Positions 27,905-37,518 of a stretch of 64,000 nucleotides of DNA are shown here, piece by piece; positions within the stretch are counted from its first letter, which is position 1, and each line of letters opens with the position of its first letter. The stretch is from an uncultured Gammaproteobacteria bacterium (GTDB taxonomy: Bacteria > Patescibacteriota > Patescibacteriia > Magasanikbacterales > UBA922): assembly GCA_964566225.1 (NCBI GenBank), contig CAZMHV010000003.1, positions 6,658-70,657 on the forward strand. Direction: 5' to 3'. The notes beneath the pieces were generated by a model that searched no databases, was not told the origin of the DNA, and saw nothing but the letters and a program-made list of their open reading frames with translations. The position numbers were made by a program, and so were the translations under genes.

Positions 27905-29245
27905 ATGCTTTCACTTCCATTTCGTTTTTTGTTTGCACTGCTTATTGGTGCCATTATTGGTTTAGAACGTGAAAGTAGTCGCAATGACAGTGAACGTGAA
28001 ACCGAAACAACTTCTGCCGGAGGAATTCGAACCTATGCCCTCATATCACTCCTTGGAGGATTGGCAGGGTTTTTTTATTTGCAAAACATGCCAATGATGT
28101 TTTTGCTGTTGTCTGCCTTTGCAGCCATTCTGGTACTTTTGTATTATGCTATTGGGTCATCTATCACCAAGCACTTTGGTATGACCAGTGAAATTTCTAT
28201 TTTGATTACCTATATACTTGGGTTCTTGGCCATGTTTGAGGGAGTCTCAACGCAGCTCGTGGTTATTTTGCTTGTGGTCACCCTGCTTATTCTTTCTCTC
28301 AAGTCAAAAACACACAAGCTCGTAAATGGCATTTCACCCAATGAAATACGTTCTTTCATTAGTTATGCACTCATTGCACTTGTTGTATTGCCAATTCTTC
28401 CCAATACTCCAGTTACTCTTTCTAAAATTACGTTTCTTCATGATTTGCTCCAAAGTTATGGTGTTGATTTGGGGCAATTTGCTACCCTTGAAATTTTTAA
28501 TCCACGAAAAGTGTGGTTTGTGGTTGCCTTGGTTACAGGAATCGATGTGTTTGGATACATATTGGCCAAACTGGTTGGGGGGAAAAAAAGTTTTACACTT
28601 ACCAGTTTTGTAGCCGGTTTTATTTCGTCTACTTCGGCAACCGCTGCCTTGGCTCGAAAGAGTAACAAAGCATCCGATGTCCGACCTCTTGTGGGATCAG
28701 CGCTTCTGGCCAACATGGCAAGTTTTTTTCAAATTTTTCTTTTGGTCGGGCCAGTCAACGGTGCCTTTTTGGTAAGTTTAACTCCGACACTTCTTGCCAT
28801 TATTTTTGCTTCGGCTGGTTGTAGTGTGTATTTCCTTTCAAGAAAAGAAAAGTCTGTTCACATTTCAAAAGAAACCGAAAAAGAACCTGCAGAACGAGAA
28901 ATTTTTGCTCTCAAGCCTGCACTCAAATTTGCTGCTCTTTTGATTATCGTAAAACTCGTAACCAAAATTTCCCTTATCCTTTTTGGAAATTCTGGTTTTA
29001 TGGTAAGTTCGGTCATTGCCTCGGTTGCCGGTATTGATGCTATTCTTATCAACTTGGCTGACCTTGTCGGCAAAGGAATTACGATTGAAACAGGAATTTT
29101 GACCTTTATTTTGGTGAATGCAACCAATTTGCTTACCAAGTCACTGCTCAGTTATCTCAATGGGGGACGTGCTTTTGCCAAAAAGTTTTTTGCGTGTGTA
29201 CTCATTGTTATTGCCGCCAGTCTCATTGGATTTTTTCTCAAATAA
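27905..29245 (+). CDS. MgtC/SapB family membrane protein with DUF4010-like C-terminal domain
   Basis: 'LLIGAIIGLERE' MgtC signature at the N-terminus. Polytopic, 446 aa. Confidence 0.7.
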   Translation: MLSLPFRFLFALLIGAIIGLERESSRNDSERETETTSAGGIRTYALISLLGGLAGFFYLQNMPMMFLLLSAFAAILVLLYYAIGSSITKHFGMTSEISILITYILGFLAMFEGVSTQLVVILLVVTLLILSLKSKTHKLVNGISPNEIRSFISYALIALVVLPILPNTPVTLSKITFLHDLLQSYGVDLGQFATLEIFNPRKVWFVVALVTGIDVFGYILAKLVGGKKSFTLTSFVAGFISSTSATAALARKSNKASDVRPLVGSALLANMASFFQIFLLVGPVNGAFLVSLTPTLLAIIFASAGCSVYFLSRKEKSVHISKETEKEPAEREIFALKPALKFAALLIIVKLVTKISLILFGNSGFMVSSVIASVAGIDAILINLADLVGKGITIETGILTFILVNATNLLTKSLLSYLNGGRAFAKKFFACVLIVIAASLIGFFLK

Positions 29246-29380
29246 TTTGTCTGGGGATAACTTCACTTGCCTAAAAAGTACTTTCAGTATACAGTAAATA
29301 TATATGAAGCAACTCACTCTCAATAATAACAATAATAATACCCTCAATACGTAGGTGAGTTTTTCTTTTTCAAAATCAAA

Positions 29381-29410
29381 AGACTCTCCTATGTGGAGGG
29401 TCTTTTCTTT
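29381..29410 (+). terminator. Terminator after MgtC-like gene
   Basis: AGACTCTCC(tatgtg)GAGGGTCT followed by TTTCTTTT. Confidence 0.5.
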
Positions 29411-29436
29411 TGTGGGGGAATTTTTGCCCCATATAT

Positions 29437-29508
29437 TCCCGGGTAGTTGAGTGGTACAACACCTCGCTGTTAACGAGGATATCGCTGGTTCGAGTCCAGC
29501 CCTGGGAG
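29437..29508 (+). tRNA. tRNA-Asn (anticodon GTT); integration target of the mobile element
   Basis: Manual fold: acceptor TCCCGGG/CCTGGGA (one G-U), D-arm GTTG/CAAC, anticodon stem CCTCG/CGAGG with loop cuGTTaa, T-arm GCTGG-TTCGAGT-CCAGC, discriminator G. The 3' end is overlapped by the recombinase ORF. Confidence 0.8.
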
Positions 29509-30975
29509 CATGGCTGGACGTTCCTTATATTCAGCGAGTGCCTGAAGGGGACTTCTTAGCTCAAATAAAAGGTTTTTACCTCTCAACTGTAAGTTCTGAA
29601 ATACAAAGTTGAGTATTTGGCGTTTCTCTTCGATTTCAGAACTTTTGAAAATGTCAGAAGCTCTTTGTGCTAAAGAAAGAAGCTGTGTTGCGCTGAGGCT
29701 ATAGTTTTCATCTGCATTTGTGTGGTCTTCTAGTTGAAGCTCAATATCTCGTTGCTTTTCTTTGATCTGTTTGAATTTTTTATCATAGACGTCCTTAGTA
29801 ATACTACGGTCGAGCATAAAGTCAAGTAGGGTATCAGATTGTGCTTGAAGGGCGTCATATTCGTTTCTAAGCGTGTTTACAGCCTGAGAGTGATATTTAC
29901 TCTTTGTTTCGTTCATCGTGTGTATTTTAGCCGTAATTTCTGCCACTTGTATATCTGAAAGTTGGATACTATTGAATGCCTCATAAACAGGTTTTAAGAG
30001 ATCATTTTCATTTACATAGATACGTTTGCAAGTATATTTTGAGTTTGTACAACTATAATGGTTATATATCTTTTTGTGTCGCTCAGCGGTAACTCGACAA
30101 CCACAGTTGGCACATGAAATAAGTCCTTTAAAGATAAAGGGGTGTGAGATTGATTTAAACGGAGTCTTTTTCTTTGATAAGCGTATTTTTGTAGCTTGTT
30201 CAAAAGTATAGCGAGAGATAATTGGCTCGTATTTATGTGGATAGGGTTTAGTTTTAGAGATCATCGTTCCACAATAGAAAGGATTTTTCAATATACATTC
30301 AATCATGCTTTTGGAGAGTATTTTCCCATTAGCACTTTTTAATCCTTCTTTTTCCATTATATTTTTTATATCAAGCATTGATGTGGTGCCAGATATGTAC
30401 AGATCAAAAATCTTTTTTATATATTGCCTTCGAGATTCATCGACTATAATATCTCGTTGATTTTTTTCTTCACCAATATTGAGGTAGCCAATAGGTGCTC
30501 GGCCTATCCATTCGCCGTTTCGTAGTTTTTGTTCGTAAGCACGTTTAACATTATCACTGATTGCGTCAGAGTAGTATTTTGCTAGGTGTAGATTCATTCC
30601 AAAGTGAAATTTTTCTGTTGCAGAGGTTTTTTGATCTATGACAAGATTTTCAGATGTAAAGTGCAACTCAATTTTTCCTTGTTGAGCCATTTCGTATAAA
30701 AGGGGAACACGCTTGTCAAAGACATTGCGTGAAAGACGATCCACCTTATCAAAGCAGACAGCAACTGTTTCCTTTTGGTTTTTAAGATATTCAAGAGCTT
30801 TATCAAATTCGTCTCGTTTTTGTTTATACGCACTTTCGTCAAAGACAAACTGTTTATCTATTTTTAATCCTTTTCTATCACAATAATCCTCGAGTCGTTT
30901 AACTTGAGCGGGTAGAGAGTTACCAGCTTCTTTTTGTTCTTCGGTAGAGACTCGTGCTAGAATTATCGATTTCAT
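29470..30975 (-). CDS. Large serine recombinase (integrase), copy 1; C-terminus altered by the attL junction
   Basis: N-terminal resolvase domain 'ILARVSTEEQ...' with catalytic Ser, recombinase domain, zinc ribbon 'CANCGCRV...YNHYSC', coiled coil. The last 10 aa differ from copy 2 because the ORF crosses the att crossover into the tRNA. Confidence 0.85.
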   Translation of the reverse strand: MKSIILARVSTEEQKEAGNSLPAQVKRLEDYCDRKGLKIDKQFVFDESAYKQKRDEFDKALEYLKNQKETVAVCFDKVDRLSRNVFDKRVPLLYEMAQQGKIELHFTSENLVIDQKTSATEKFHFGMNLHLAKYYSDAISDNVKRAYEQKLRNGEWIGRAPIGYLNIGEEKNQRDIIVDESRRQYIKKIFDLYISGTTSMLDIKNIMEKEGLKSANGKILSKSMIECILKNPFYCGTMISKTKPYPHKYEPIISRYTFEQATKIRLSKKKTPFKSISHPFIFKGLISCANCGCRVTAERHKKIYNHYSCTNSKYTCKRIYVNENDLLKPVYEAFNSIQLSDIQVAEITAKIHTMNETKSKYHSQAVNTLRNEYDALQAQSDTLLDFMLDRSITKDVYDKKFKQIKEKQRDIELQLEDHTNADENYSLSATQLLSLAQRASDIFKSSEIEEKRQILNFVFQNLQLRGKNLLFELRSPLQALAEYKERPAMLPGLDSNQRYPR

Positions 30976-30988
30976 ATGCTTTGTATTG

Positions 30989-33817
30989 TTAACTTGTCAA
31001 TAGCTTCTTCTGAAAATCTATTGCAAAGTCGCCTTCGCCACGAGTATCAGAGTTATAGAACTTTATGCCGATTGGCTTTATTACTTTGTAGCCGTGCTTA
31101 CTCATTTCAGCTAGATAATCTTTGTAGGCCTGCTTGTCGTTTTCGCCTGCATCAAACACAACATCACTGTCATCGTTCAGACTTATCAAGGCTTCTTCTT
31201 TCCAAGCGTCTTGTGCTAGCAAGTGACCACCCTTCGGCTCAATAATTACCTGATAATACAGTTCGTTGCGAGCCACATCATTGATGATGAGTACATAGTC
31301 TGGGCTAAACCTACGACCATCTTTTATGTTATATAGCCAATAGTCCAGTTCGTTACGAATAAGATATATTTCAGCACCTTCGTATCTAGTGTGTAAGTCG
31401 GCAATCTGGCTCGCTAAATATTTCACGAAGCGTTTTTCTTCACTTGTGCCATAGTTTTCACTATACGCATACCAGTCAGCATCTTTTATGTTGAACTGTA
31501 ATTCAGGGTTGTCGTGGTCGCTTTGAGCTTTAGCACGTTCATCAGAACTTATAAACACCTTTTCGCCCGTTACTGGGTCAACGGATGGAAACGACATCAA
31601 ATAAATGTCCTTTTCTTTGCTAAACACCTGCGATAATGACACTGGACGGAACTTGTTGCTACCAGCTTCACGTGGCATATAAATATCTATTCGCCTACGG
31701 ACTTCTGGCAATATCGCACCAACTAGCAGTTGGAGTTTTTCTTGAGCGTTTAGCGAGCCAATATCTTTACCGTCTTCGTAGGTATAAGTAATTGCGTATT
31801 TCGGCAGGTATTTGTTCATCAGTTCATCAACCGTTTGTAGTTCGGGTATATGATGACGTAGGTTGTTGAATCGGAAGAAGTTGGCTTCGGCACATACCAA
31901 CGCTTTGCGAATTATTGGTTCCGCAAAGAACTCATCGGTAATGCGTATAACTTTGGTTTTCTGACTCGCAATTTGTTGATTTTGCTCGTAATCGTTCAAA
32001 GCCCTTGCTCGCAGGTTATACAAGCCCGCTTTGATGGTGCGATTGAAGGTAGTGTCAATTTCTTCGTCAGTTGTTTTGTTGCGTTTTGTCGTGTGGTTGA
32101 CCAGCACAAATCCTTTTTTATACGTTTCGCTTTCTAAAAAGTGTTGTTTGAGTGTAATGGTCTTCTGTTCAATACCTTCATTAATAATACCTTCGCCCAG
32201 CAAATCACGTTGTAAGTTTTCTAGAAACATACCCGTTTTTACAAAGTGATACACGAAAGTTTCCAGCACACGCCCACGTTCAAACGGTGCTTTATCAAAT
32301 TTACGCTTGTACTTATCAAACTCTATATTTCGCTGTGTAAATTCAAATGTTTGGTTCTCTCTTTCGTCTGGCTTATACGAGCTTGGTAGTTCATAAGGGA
32401 AATACCTAGCCCCACGCCCAATCAACTGAATATCTTGTAACGACACCTTCTTGGCTTCACTAATATCAAAGTGAATAATGTCGTATAAACTCAATACGTC
32501 CCATCCTTCATTCAGAGCATTGACGCTAAATATGGCACGAATGGTGTTTCGTTGACTGTCTAACAGTGGCAATAGCTCGGCTTTTTCTTTCTTCTGACTG
32601 TTATATATCAACGTGTTGTCATGTGCAAAGCTTGCTCGTATTTCGCTAACAAACTTATTTAGTCCATCCCAATCGCCTTGTGTTACAAAGCCATTTTTAG
32701 GCTCCCTCAGCCAATCAAACAAATCTTTTAATATCTCGTGTTCACGATTGTTGTTTTCTTGACCCAATTCTTTTAGGTGGTTCAAATCTTCTGGTCGCAA
32801 ACTACTTATGACAGTATCAAAAAATGCACGGTCTTCTTCGCTTTGTGCGATTTTGACAGACTTTATCAACACCACAGGCTTCATCTCTACGCCCATTTCA
32901 CGCTGAGCAAGCAATCTACGATATTCGCTTAACACTACGGCATTGACTATCAGTAGGCGTTTTTGGTCTTCAGTGTGAACCTCTTTGTTGTATAGGAACT
33001 TCACGTCTTTGCTATACCTATCACGATTGAACTCCAAGAAATCGTAACGATGAACGAGCTTATCGCTATATTTAGTATGTATTGCTTCATTCGCCAAATC
33101 TACGGTTGCAGTATATTCAAGTAATAAGTTTTCTTCACGAGCCTTAACTGCCTTCATCACAGCAGTTTCCCAATTTCGCACTTCTTCTATATCGCCTTTA
33201 TTTTTACTGCGAGTATCTACGTTCAAACGGTGGGCTTCATCGGCAATAATCACCACGTTGTTATCGGCAAAATCTTGAGCTGTTAGTCCATTTTCTTTGT
33301 CTTCAATTAGATGGTTATACAGCAGTGAAGTGCTAAAAAACATAAAGTTGATAGCATTACGATCTGCGTCCGCTATACTTGGCACAGCTTTTATACCTAC
33401 ATTACGCCCATTTATTTTGACGCCTTTTGGGTTGAACAAATATTTTTCAAACTTGTAATCGGTAAAGTTTTTGAGCGCTTGGTCTTTAATTTGTATTTGA
33501 TGGACTAAAAATAGGAAGTTGCGGTAGCCTTGTGCGTATAGATACAGTACTACAGACGCCATTACGAGCGTTTTCCCAGTTCCAGTCGCCATATTGAACA
33601 GCACATGCTTGGCTTTTGCCCTGTCGCTTTCATACAGCCAAATAAAGTGTTTCAAGGCTCGCACTTGGTACTCACGCAGGGTTTTGCTCAAATTGTCCGT
33701 GATATATTCAGGCACAATAAATGAGCGTTCCCATATTTGGTAGGTAGGGTTGTTTTCTATTTGGTTGAATAGAAAATCGCCTAATGTTGCATTGATTTTA
33801 GTTTTCGTTTTCACCAT
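30989..33817 (-). CDS. res: Type III restriction-modification system, restriction subunit (Res; SF2 helicase + PD-ExK endonuclease)
   Basis: Walker A 'MATGTGKTLVMA', DEAH box 'IIADEAHRL', helicase motifs, C-terminal 'PDYVLII...IIEPKG' nuclease motif. Overlaps mod by 20 nt. Confidence 0.85.
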   Translation of the reverse strand: MVKTKTKINATLGDFLFNQIENNPTYQIWERSFIVPEYITDNLSKTLREYQVRALKHFIWLYESDRAKAKHVLFNMATGTGKTLVMASVVLYLYAQGYRNFLFLVHQIQIKDQALKNFTDYKFEKYLFNPKGVKINGRNVGIKAVPSIADADRNAINFMFFSTSLLYNHLIEDKENGLTAQDFADNNVVIIADEAHRLNVDTRSKNKGDIEEVRNWETAVMKAVKAREENLLLEYTATVDLANEAIHTKYSDKLVHRYDFLEFNRDRYSKDVKFLYNKEVHTEDQKRLLIVNAVVLSEYRRLLAQREMGVEMKPVVLIKSVKIAQSEEDRAFFDTVISSLRPEDLNHLKELGQENNNREHEILKDLFDWLREPKNGFVTQGDWDGLNKFVSEIRASFAHDNTLIYNSQKKEKAELLPLLDSQRNTIRAIFSVNALNEGWDVLSLYDIIHFDISEAKKVSLQDIQLIGRGARYFPYELPSSYKPDERENQTFEFTQRNIEFDKYKRKFDKAPFERGRVLETFVYHFVKTGMFLENLQRDLLGEGIINEGIEQKTITLKQHFLESETYKKGFVLVNHTTKRNKTTDEEIDTTFNRTIKAGLYNLRARALNDYEQNQQIASQKTKVIRITDEFFAEPIIRKALVCAEANFFRFNNLRHHIPELQTVDELMNKYLPKYAITYTYEDGKDIGSLNAQEKLQLLVGAILPEVRRRIDIYMPREAGSNKFRPVSLSQVFSKEKDIYLMSFPSVDPVTGEKVFISSDERAKAQSDHDNPELQFNIKDADWYAYSENYGTSEEKRFVKYLASQIADLHTRYEGAEIYLIRNELDYWLYNIKDGRRFSPDYVLIINDVARNELYYQVIIEPKGGHLLAQDAWKEEALISLNDDSDVVFDAGENDKQAYKDYLAEMSKHGYKVIKPIGIKFYNSDTRGEGDFAIDFQKKLLTS

Positions 33818-35513
33818 AGAACTTCTCGGTTAGTGCCTTTTCATCTTTCGATACTGTGTGCCGTGTATCGTTCATATCGGCGTAATTTAGGTATAGCTGG
33901 TTTTCGTCTAGTATGTCGGCAAGTGCCTGCTTGCGACCAGCCAAATCAAGCTTGCGAAAGTTTTCGTCTTTTTCAAACTCGGCACGGTCAAACCAGAACT
34001 TCAAGAAGGCGTTGTTACGCATATCTACATACAGGTTTTCCAGTTCTTTGATACTCGTGGCTTCCATAATAGCGTCAATATATTCTTGGTTGTATTTCTT
34101 CAACTCAAAGTAAACAAACGAGGTGTTGCTGTAATACTTTTTTATGGCATTTTCTAAACGCTTGAAGGTAACGTTATTTACATAGTCCATCTGTTCAATC
34201 AAGATGAACTTACGACTACCACCATCTTCGGCATTTTGAGCCATCACAGCCTGTGCGGTAGTGCCTGAACCACCAAAAAAGTCCAGCACGATGTCATCGG
34301 GCTCAGTGCTGATTTGTATACTGTCTTTGACCATAGCAACTGACTTAGGGTAACTAAATACTTTGCCACCAATCATGTCTTTCAAGTCGCTAGTCCCCGT
34401 TGTTCCAGAGTATTCAGGTCTAAACCAAAGCGATTTTGGTCGTTCTCCCTTTATACGAAGTTTAGTGTATATTTTATATTCGCCATTGACTTTTCTTACT
34501 TCCGTTTCGGTTTTCCATTTTTCCATAAGTGTATCTCTGCCCCAACGCCATCTTCGTTCAATTCCATTACTATCAATCGGTAGCATTTCAACACCGTTTT
34601 CAGATTTTGAGATAGACACTTCTTTTGTGTCGGGGTCGTAATAGACAGGGTAAAAAAGATTTGGTCGGTCTTCTCGCCGTGAGCCATCACCACTACGCTG
34701 TAATGGTATGCTTTTATATTTACTTATTTCATCTTCTTGCGGGTAACTGCTTGAATTATCAAAGTTGAAGTCTTTAATTTTTGCGTATTTGGCATTTTTA
34801 GCATATACAATCTTATTCTCGTGTGCGGGCGAAAAAAACTCGTTATATCTTCCCTTTAAATTATGGACAACAGCAAGCACACCAAGCCTATTTTCATAAC
34901 CAAAAATCTCGTCAGCCAAAACGCCCAAATAAAACAATTCGTAGTGGTCAATATCTATAAAAATCATACCATCTTCGGTCAGCAACTCTTTGGCTACTTC
35001 AAGTCTGTTTTTCATAAATGTAAGCCACGAACTGTGATTGAAGTTATTGTTATAGGCAAAGGTGTTGGCGTCCGTGCGGGTATTGTAAGGCGGGTCAATA
35101 TAAATGAACTTAACTTTGCCCGCTAAGCGTTCACGCAGGGTATAAAGTGCTAACAGGTTGTTGCCCTTGATAAGCAGGTTTTGTTTTAGATTGTCGTCTT
35201 CGTCAAAAAACTGAATATCGCTATCGGCGGTCAGTGCCTTTTCTCCGTCTTTGTCTATAAGGCGAAAGTCAGTTAGAACCTTCGGTTCTTCTAGTGTGTC
35301 TATATCTTTACTATCTAGCGTTTGATGTAAAAAGCGTTCATCACGCCCTACATCTTCTTTGCTCATACCCGCTTCCAGCACAGCGTCCTTGAACGGAAAT
35401 GATAACACTACATCGTTATCGTTTTTGATAAAACTGCCCTTACTCGTACTGACCAACCCTATCTTATTCGGATATTGCGTATATCTTCCTTTTTTAGATG
35501 AATTATTTGTCAT
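33798..35513 (-). CDS. mod: Type III R-M modification methyltransferase (Mod; beta-class N6A/N4C MTase)
   Basis: Motif IV 'IYIDPPYNT' precedes motif I 'LDFFGGSGTTAQA' (beta-class order typical of Type III Mod). 571 aa. Confidence 0.85.
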   Translation of the reverse strand: MTNNSSKKGRYTQYPNKIGLVSTSKGSFIKNDNDVVLSFPFKDAVLEAGMSKEDVGRDERFLHQTLDSKDIDTLEEPKVLTDFRLIDKDGEKALTADSDIQFFDEDDNLKQNLLIKGNNLLALYTLRERLAGKVKFIYIDPPYNTRTDANTFAYNNNFNHSSWLTFMKNRLEVAKELLTEDGMIFIDIDHYELFYLGVLADEIFGYENRLGVLAVVHNLKGRYNEFFSPAHENKIVYAKNAKYAKIKDFNFDNSSSYPQEDEISKYKSIPLQRSGDGSRREDRPNLFYPVYYDPDTKEVSISKSENGVEMLPIDSNGIERRWRWGRDTLMEKWKTETEVRKVNGEYKIYTKLRIKGERPKSLWFRPEYSGTTGTSDLKDMIGGKVFSYPKSVAMVKDSIQISTEPDDIVLDFFGGSGTTAQAVMAQNAEDGGSRKFILIEQMDYVNNVTFKRLENAIKKYYSNTSFVYFELKKYNQEYIDAIMEATSIKELENLYVDMRNNAFLKFWFDRAEFEKDENFRKLDLAGRKQALADILDENQLYLNYADMNDTRHTVSKDEKALTEKFYGENEN

Positions 35514-35516
35514 AAT

Positions 35517-35882
35517 TTATTGGGTACTTACTTGTTTTAAAAATGTATCAAACTCTTTTTGATCAATTCTGTATTCTTTACCAATTTTATATGCTGTTAA
35601 TTTTCCAGCTTTGATATAACGATAAATGGTCATCGGGTTAACCCTTAGTTTATTTGCTAGTTCTTCTACTAAGTAAAAGTCATTTTTATTTTCTTGTTTT
35701 GACAGATCTATTTTTACTATAGGAGCTTCTTGGTTATTTTTAGGAATTGGTTTATAAACCAGTTTTACCAACTGTAAAAGTTTATGTGCCTGTTGAAAGG
35801 CATCGTCCTTGGATAATCTTTCGCCAAACTGTTCCTCGTATAACTTTTGAAACTCTTCTAGAGCTTTATCATCTATTTTCAT
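35517..35882 (-). CDS. Excisionase-family HTH DNA-binding protein (candidate recombination directionality factor or regulator)
   Basis: C-terminus 'MTIYRYIKAGKLTAYKIGKEYRIDQKEF' matches the HTH_17/Xis-MerR-like motif. 121 aa. Confidence 0.6.
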   Translation of the reverse strand: MKIDDKALEEFQKLYEEQFGERLSKDDAFQQAHKLLQLVKLVYKPIPKNNQEAPIVKIDLSKQENKNDFYLVEELANKLRVNPMTIYRYIKAGKLTAYKIGKEYRIDQKEFDTFLKQVSTQ

Positions 35883-35923
35883 ATGTTTATAGTTAATGTA
35901 ATTATACTTTACTTTGGTTTACA

Positions 35924-37045
35924 TTACAAACTGAGTTTATAGGGCTCAAAAGTGGATAACTCTTTTTCAATATCTTGAACAAAACCATGGGTATTTATGG
36001 GGAAAGGAGGGGATTTAAAACGTGCCAAGTCTCTTTTAACGTCATTCCAATCTGCCTTGGGTCTATAAGAAGCCACAATAGTCCTGAGTTGTCTCATTCC
36101 TTGGTCTTTGGCTAATAAATTAAAGCCTACAGCCTTAACGGCTTGTTTTATGCTTAGTGTTGGGTCGTGGTGAAGTGTCCTTTTAAGGATAGAAAGTGGA
36201 TTCGTATCCATATCAAGTACAAATTTGTTATTATCGTTAAAAAAGTCAGACCAATATTTTTGAAGGATGTTTTGGGAACGTTCATGGCTTAGGATATCTT
36301 TAAGGGTAGGATTTTGTTTATAGCCAAGTTTGAATAATGTCTTGTTTACGTATTTTTTGGTGGAAAGGCGTATTTCAATTCGTAATAATTTGTGAGATAT
36401 TATCGAGTTTTTTACTTTGTCAAAAAGAGAAAGTTGTTTATCAGTTTTATCTTGATCCATTGAACGTTTTTGAGGCCTTGGTATATCTGCAAACTTGTCG
36501 TACATAACAAAAGAATGTGAGTTAGTATAAAACTGGTAAGCATACCCTTCGTTACGAAAGTCGGCCTTATTTGTATCCATACGTTTGGATATGTCAATTT
36601 TTGCAAGTTCCTGTATGGCGAGGGTGGCTGTGTATCCGTCAGACAAAGGTATATTCTTTCCTACGTGAAAGGCTACAACTGGAGCCTCTAAAAGATGATC
36701 TGTGAGTATCATAACTCCACGTTCAAACATTCTTTTCCTTAAGGTATCTATTGCTTTTGTATAGTCTTCTTGAGTATATTCGTTTATATTTTCACCGTCG
36801 TTTATGAGCTTTGGGATAGAGCATTCTACTTTCAAAACACGTGTTTGGGCATAGTATTGTGTCGTATAGAGTGTCATGCGTGGATAGTAATGACTTTCTT
36901 TTTCCTGTTTGCTCGGGTTATTTTTGAAGTTGGTTCCAGGGAAAAATCTAAGACTCCCAACGCCATCTGTTGGAGGTGAAAATTTATCGTGGTGCATTAT
37001 TTGATAACGTCCCCAAGGAATGAGGAATATAACAGTATCTACCAT
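35924..37045 (-). CDS. Hypothetical protein of the element (possible replication-initiation/Rep-like function; unverified)
   Basis: 373 aa with no confident motif. Its position between Xis-like and SpoVG-like genes is typical of replication/maintenance modules. Functional guess only. Confidence 0.35.
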   Translation of the reverse strand: MVDTVIFLIPWGRYQIMHHDKFSPPTDGVGSLRFFPGTNFKNNPSKQEKESHYYPRMTLYTTQYYAQTRVLKVECSIPKLINDGENINEYTQEDYTKAIDTLRKRMFERGVMILTDHLLEAPVVAFHVGKNIPLSDGYTATLAIQELAKIDISKRMDTNKADFRNEGYAYQFYTNSHSFVMYDKFADIPRPQKRSMDQDKTDKQLSLFDKVKNSIISHKLLRIEIRLSTKKYVNKTLFKLGYKQNPTLKDILSHERSQNILQKYWSDFFNDNNKFVLDMDTNPLSILKRTLHHDPTLSIKQAVKAVGFNLLAKDQGMRQLRTIVASYRPKADWNDVKRDLARFKSPPFPINTHGFVQDIEKELSTFEPYKLSL

Positions 37046-37073
37046 ATCATTACATCTTTTGGGCCTTACAATT

Positions 37074-37334
37074 TTATATAATTTCTTTAACTTTTTTAGT
37101 GATTGCGTCTTCTATTGCTTTGCTTGTCTCTTTATCTATCGGGTGGTATATGTTAAAACTCTTTTCTGCTACTTTTTTGGTAGGATAGGTTATTCTATAT
37201 CCTGAGCCATCTAGCTTAAGGTGTACGCCTATGGACCCAAGGTAGAGAGAGTTGTCTATAACTATAGAGGCCATAGCAATTAGGCCATCTTTAGGCTTTA
37301 TTGGTACTATCTGTACTTCTGTTACGTTTTTCAT
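37074..37334 (-). CDS. spoVG: SpoVG-family protein (mobile-element encoded)
   Basis: 'MKNVTEVQIVPIKPKDGLIAMASIVIDNSLYLGSIGVHL...YPTKK...HPIDKETSKAIEDAI' is collinear with SpoVG (MKVTDVRLRK...ALVSITLDEAFVIHDLRVI...). 86 aa. Confidence 0.7.
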   Translation of the reverse strand: MKNVTEVQIVPIKPKDGLIAMASIVIDNSLYLGSIGVHLKLDGSGYRITYPTKKVAEKSFNIYHPIDKETSKAIEDAITKKVKEII

Positions 37335-37454
37335 AAAGTTGTGGATTATTACGTTTATCTATTTCCCAAAGCAAAGCAAAAAACTGAGCAAGATTTGTGA
37401 TCTGTCCGTTTGTAGAGGGGATCTGGTTGTCAGTCTCTTTTGGATACATAAAAC

Positions 37455-37483
37455 CTGATGGTGTTATCATCAGGTTATCATTG
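37455..37483 (-). terminator. Terminator after the 273-aa element gene
   Basis: AACCTGATG(gtgttat)CATCAGGTT with a T-run on the minus strand (GGTTTTATG). Confidence 0.5.
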
Positions 37484-37518
37484 CTTTACATTTGAAGATA
37501 AGAAGTTAGTGACCCACG

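Noticed and set aside
37335-37518. Candidate ncRNA between the SpoVG-like and 273-aa genes of the element
   Set aside because: The only structure is the hairpin AACCTGATG...CATCAGGTT. It is adequately explained as the minus-strand terminator of the upstream gene.
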